A DNA stretch of 64,000 nt, from contig OZ245366.1 in the NCBI GenBank assembly GCA_965226585.1, forward strand, positions 576,001 through 640,000, given 5' to 3'. The number at the start of each line of letters is the position of its first letter. Within the stretch, counting starts at the first letter, position 1. The notes beneath the pieces were generated by a model. That model had not been told where the DNA came from and searched no databases. It was given only the letters and a program-made list of their open reading frames with translations. The stretch is from Thermodesulfobacteriota bacterium (GTDB lineage: Bacteria; Desulfobacterota_D; UBA1144; Nemesobacterales; Mycalebacteriaceae). The translations under genes and the position numbers were made by a program. Below, piece by piece: positions 62,127 to 64,000 of the stretch.

Positions 62127-63002
62127 ATGAAAAGTATGACGGGCTTCGGAAGAGGCGAAACAGAGATTGAAGGCGGCAGGCTGATTGTGGAGGCGCGGAG
62201 CGAAAACCACAGATTTTTTGACGCCCGCGTCCAACTGCCGGAATCCTCAGGATTTCTTGAGCCGGAGATACTCTCGCAGTTAAAACGCGCCGTTTTGCGC
62301 GGAAAGGTTAAGGTGGCGGTTTTCTACGATTCCGCTTCCTCCCCGGAGCCGGAGATAGATATGTGCGCGGCGCGGGCGGCTCTTTCAAACTTGAAAAAGC
62401 TCAAGAAAAATCTGAATCTCAAGGGCGAAATCACGGTTGATCATGTTCTCTCTTTCGGTGACTTCATAACAAAAACCCGCAAAGAAAACGCGCCCGGTTC
62501 GCGCTCTGCGGCGAAGATAAAAAAAGCGGCGGCGGACGCGCTTGCGAAACTCAACGAGAGCAGAACGCGCGAAGGTTCTCTTTTGCGAAAGGAGTTGAGA
62601 CTGCGCGCTTCAAACTGCAAGGGGATTGTGCGGAAAATCAAAAGCGAACGCGGCAGATACGAAAAAGAGGTGAAGGGCAAACTCACCCGCAGAGCGAAAT
62701 CCCTTATCGGCGACAAGAACGTGGATGAGGCGACACTGTATCAGGAGGTTGTGGCGATTTATGAGAAAAGCGACATAACCGAGGAGATTGTGAGGATGAA
62801 TTCGCACCTTTCCCGCTTTTCCGGTTTTGTCTCAAAGACGGGCGTATCGGTGGGCAAGGAGCTGGATTTTCTTATTCAGGAGATGAACCGCGAGTCGGGC
62901 ACGATATCGGCGAAGTCAAAATCCCCGGCGATTTCACACCTCGCGGTGGACTTGCGCTCTGAGATAGAAAAGATGCGCGAGCAGGTTCAGAATGTTGAGT
63001 AG
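62127..63002 (+). CDS. yicC: YicC/YloC family endoribonuclease
   Basis: MKSMTGFG, RSENHRF, RGKV, DITEE..R, GKELDF..QEMNRE, REQVQNVE. Confidence 0.94.
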   Translation: MKSMTGFGRGETEIEGGRLIVEARSENHRFFDARVQLPESSGFLEPEILSQLKRAVLRGKVKVAVFYDSASSPEPEIDMCAARAALSNLKKLKKNLNLKGEITVDHVLSFGDFITKTRKENAPGSRSAAKIKKAAADALAKLNESRTREGSLLRKELRLRASNCKGIVRKIKSERGRYEKEVKGKLTRRAKSLIGDKNVDEATLYQEVVAIYEKSDITEEIVRMNSHLSRFSGFVSKTGVSVGKELDFLIQEMNRESGTISAKSKSPAISHLAVDLRSEIEKMREQVQNVE

Positions 63003-63093
63003 GGGTTTTGAAACAAAAAACAGTTGTGTTAGCATTGACGGGACTTTTTCTCAAAAAAGCGGCATCATCTGAAAATTCAGGGAGACAGACGGT

Positions 63094-63966
63094 ATGAGCA
63101 TTCTTGTTGACAAAAACACCAAAGTTATAGTTCAGGGGATAACCGGAAGCGCGGGGCTTTTCCACGCGACCCAGTGCAGGGAATATGGAACCTCGGTTGC
63201 GGGCGGCGTTACTCCCGGCAAAGGCGGAACGGATGTTGAAGGGTTTCCGGTTTTTGACACGGTTTCAGACGCGGTCGCGCAGACACAGGCAAATACTTCG
63301 CTGATATTTGTGCCCGCTCCCTTCGCCCTTGACTCCATACTTGAAGCCGCCGAAGCGGGTGTGGAACTTATAGTCTGCATAACCGAAGGCATTCCCACCC
63401 GCGACATTATGGTGGCGAAAAACTTTCTCAAAGGCACAAAATCCCGCCTCGTGGGTCCCAACTGCCCCGGCGTTATGACGCCCGGCGAAGCCAAAGTTGG
63501 CATCATGCCGGGATACATACACACCCCCGGAAGGGTGGGCGTTATATCCCGCAGCGGAACGCTTACCTACGAAGCGGTCTGGCAGCTTTCCAATCTTGGA
63601 ATAGGGCAGTCCACTTGCGTGGGAATCGGTGGAGACCCCATAATCGGAACAACTTTTACGGACGCGCTTGAACTTTTTGAAAACGACCCCGGCACAGACG
63701 CCATGGTGCTTATCGGAGAGATAGGCGGAAGCGATGAGGAAGAGGCGGCGGATTACATAAAGAACAACGTTAAGAAACCCGTTGCGGCTTTTATTGCCGG
63801 AGCCACCGCGCCTCCGGGCAAGAGAATGGGACACGCGGGGGCGATTATTTCATCAAGTTCGGGCGGGGCGGAAGACAAGTTCCGCGCTCTTGAACTCGCG
63901 GGAGCCGCGATTTGCAGAAGCCCCGCTGAAATGGGGGAGACGCTGAAGCGGAAAATCGGCGGCTGA
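63094..63966 (+). CDS. sucD: Succinyl-CoA ligase alpha subunit
   Basis: [42 protein letters not shown]. Confidence 0.97.
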   Translation: MSILVDKNTKVIVQGITGSAGLFHATQCREYGTSVAGGVTPGKGGTDVEGFPVFDTVSDAVAQTQANTSLIFVPAPFALDSILEAAEAGVELIVCITEGIPTRDIMVAKNFLKGTKSRLVGPNCPGVMTPGEAKVGIMPGYIHTPGRVGVISRSGTLTYEAVWQLSNLGIGQSTCVGIGGDPIIGTTFTDALELFENDPGTDAMVLIGEIGGSDEEEAADYIKNNVKKPVAAFIAGATAPPGKRMGHAGAIISSSSGGAEDKFRALELAGAAICRSPAEMGETLKRKIGG

Positions 63967-64000
63967 CCGTCCGGTTTTGTCCTTCGCGCGCGAAAAAATC

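Overview
Gene-dense bacterial chromosomal segment, about 50-58% GC by eye. Gene content and synteny (futalosine mqnA/mqnD, Zn-ribbon-rnhA-rnpB, xerC-hslVU-argBDF, caa3 oxidase) suggest a deltaproteobacterial/Desulfobacterota-like organism such as Dadabacteria; this is inference only. Most of the window is housekeeping: type IV pilus genes, purine/Arg/His/Lys/Cys/menaquinone synthesis, a caa3 oxidase operon, gyrB, recA, parAB, secDF, tRNA-Ile2(CAT) and RNase P RNA, with many canonical operons broken up. The standout is an AT-rich island at about 6037-12824, between purE and the end of the oxidase operon. It carries a tightly coupled five-gene cassette: a radical SAM enzyme with a cobalamin-binding-like N-terminus, ParB/Srx-domain protein 1, a small PD-(D/E)xK nuclease, a compact SNF2 ATPase, and ParB/Srx-domain protein 2. 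A small Zn-ribbon gene and a RES-Xre toxin-antitoxin pair with a perfect 14-bp palindromic operator follow. I cannot match the cassette to a named system and propose it as a candidate novel DNA-modification/anti-phage system. All calls come from reading motifs by eye; no searches were run. Several starts are adjusted from the ORF track using RBS and overlap evidence.
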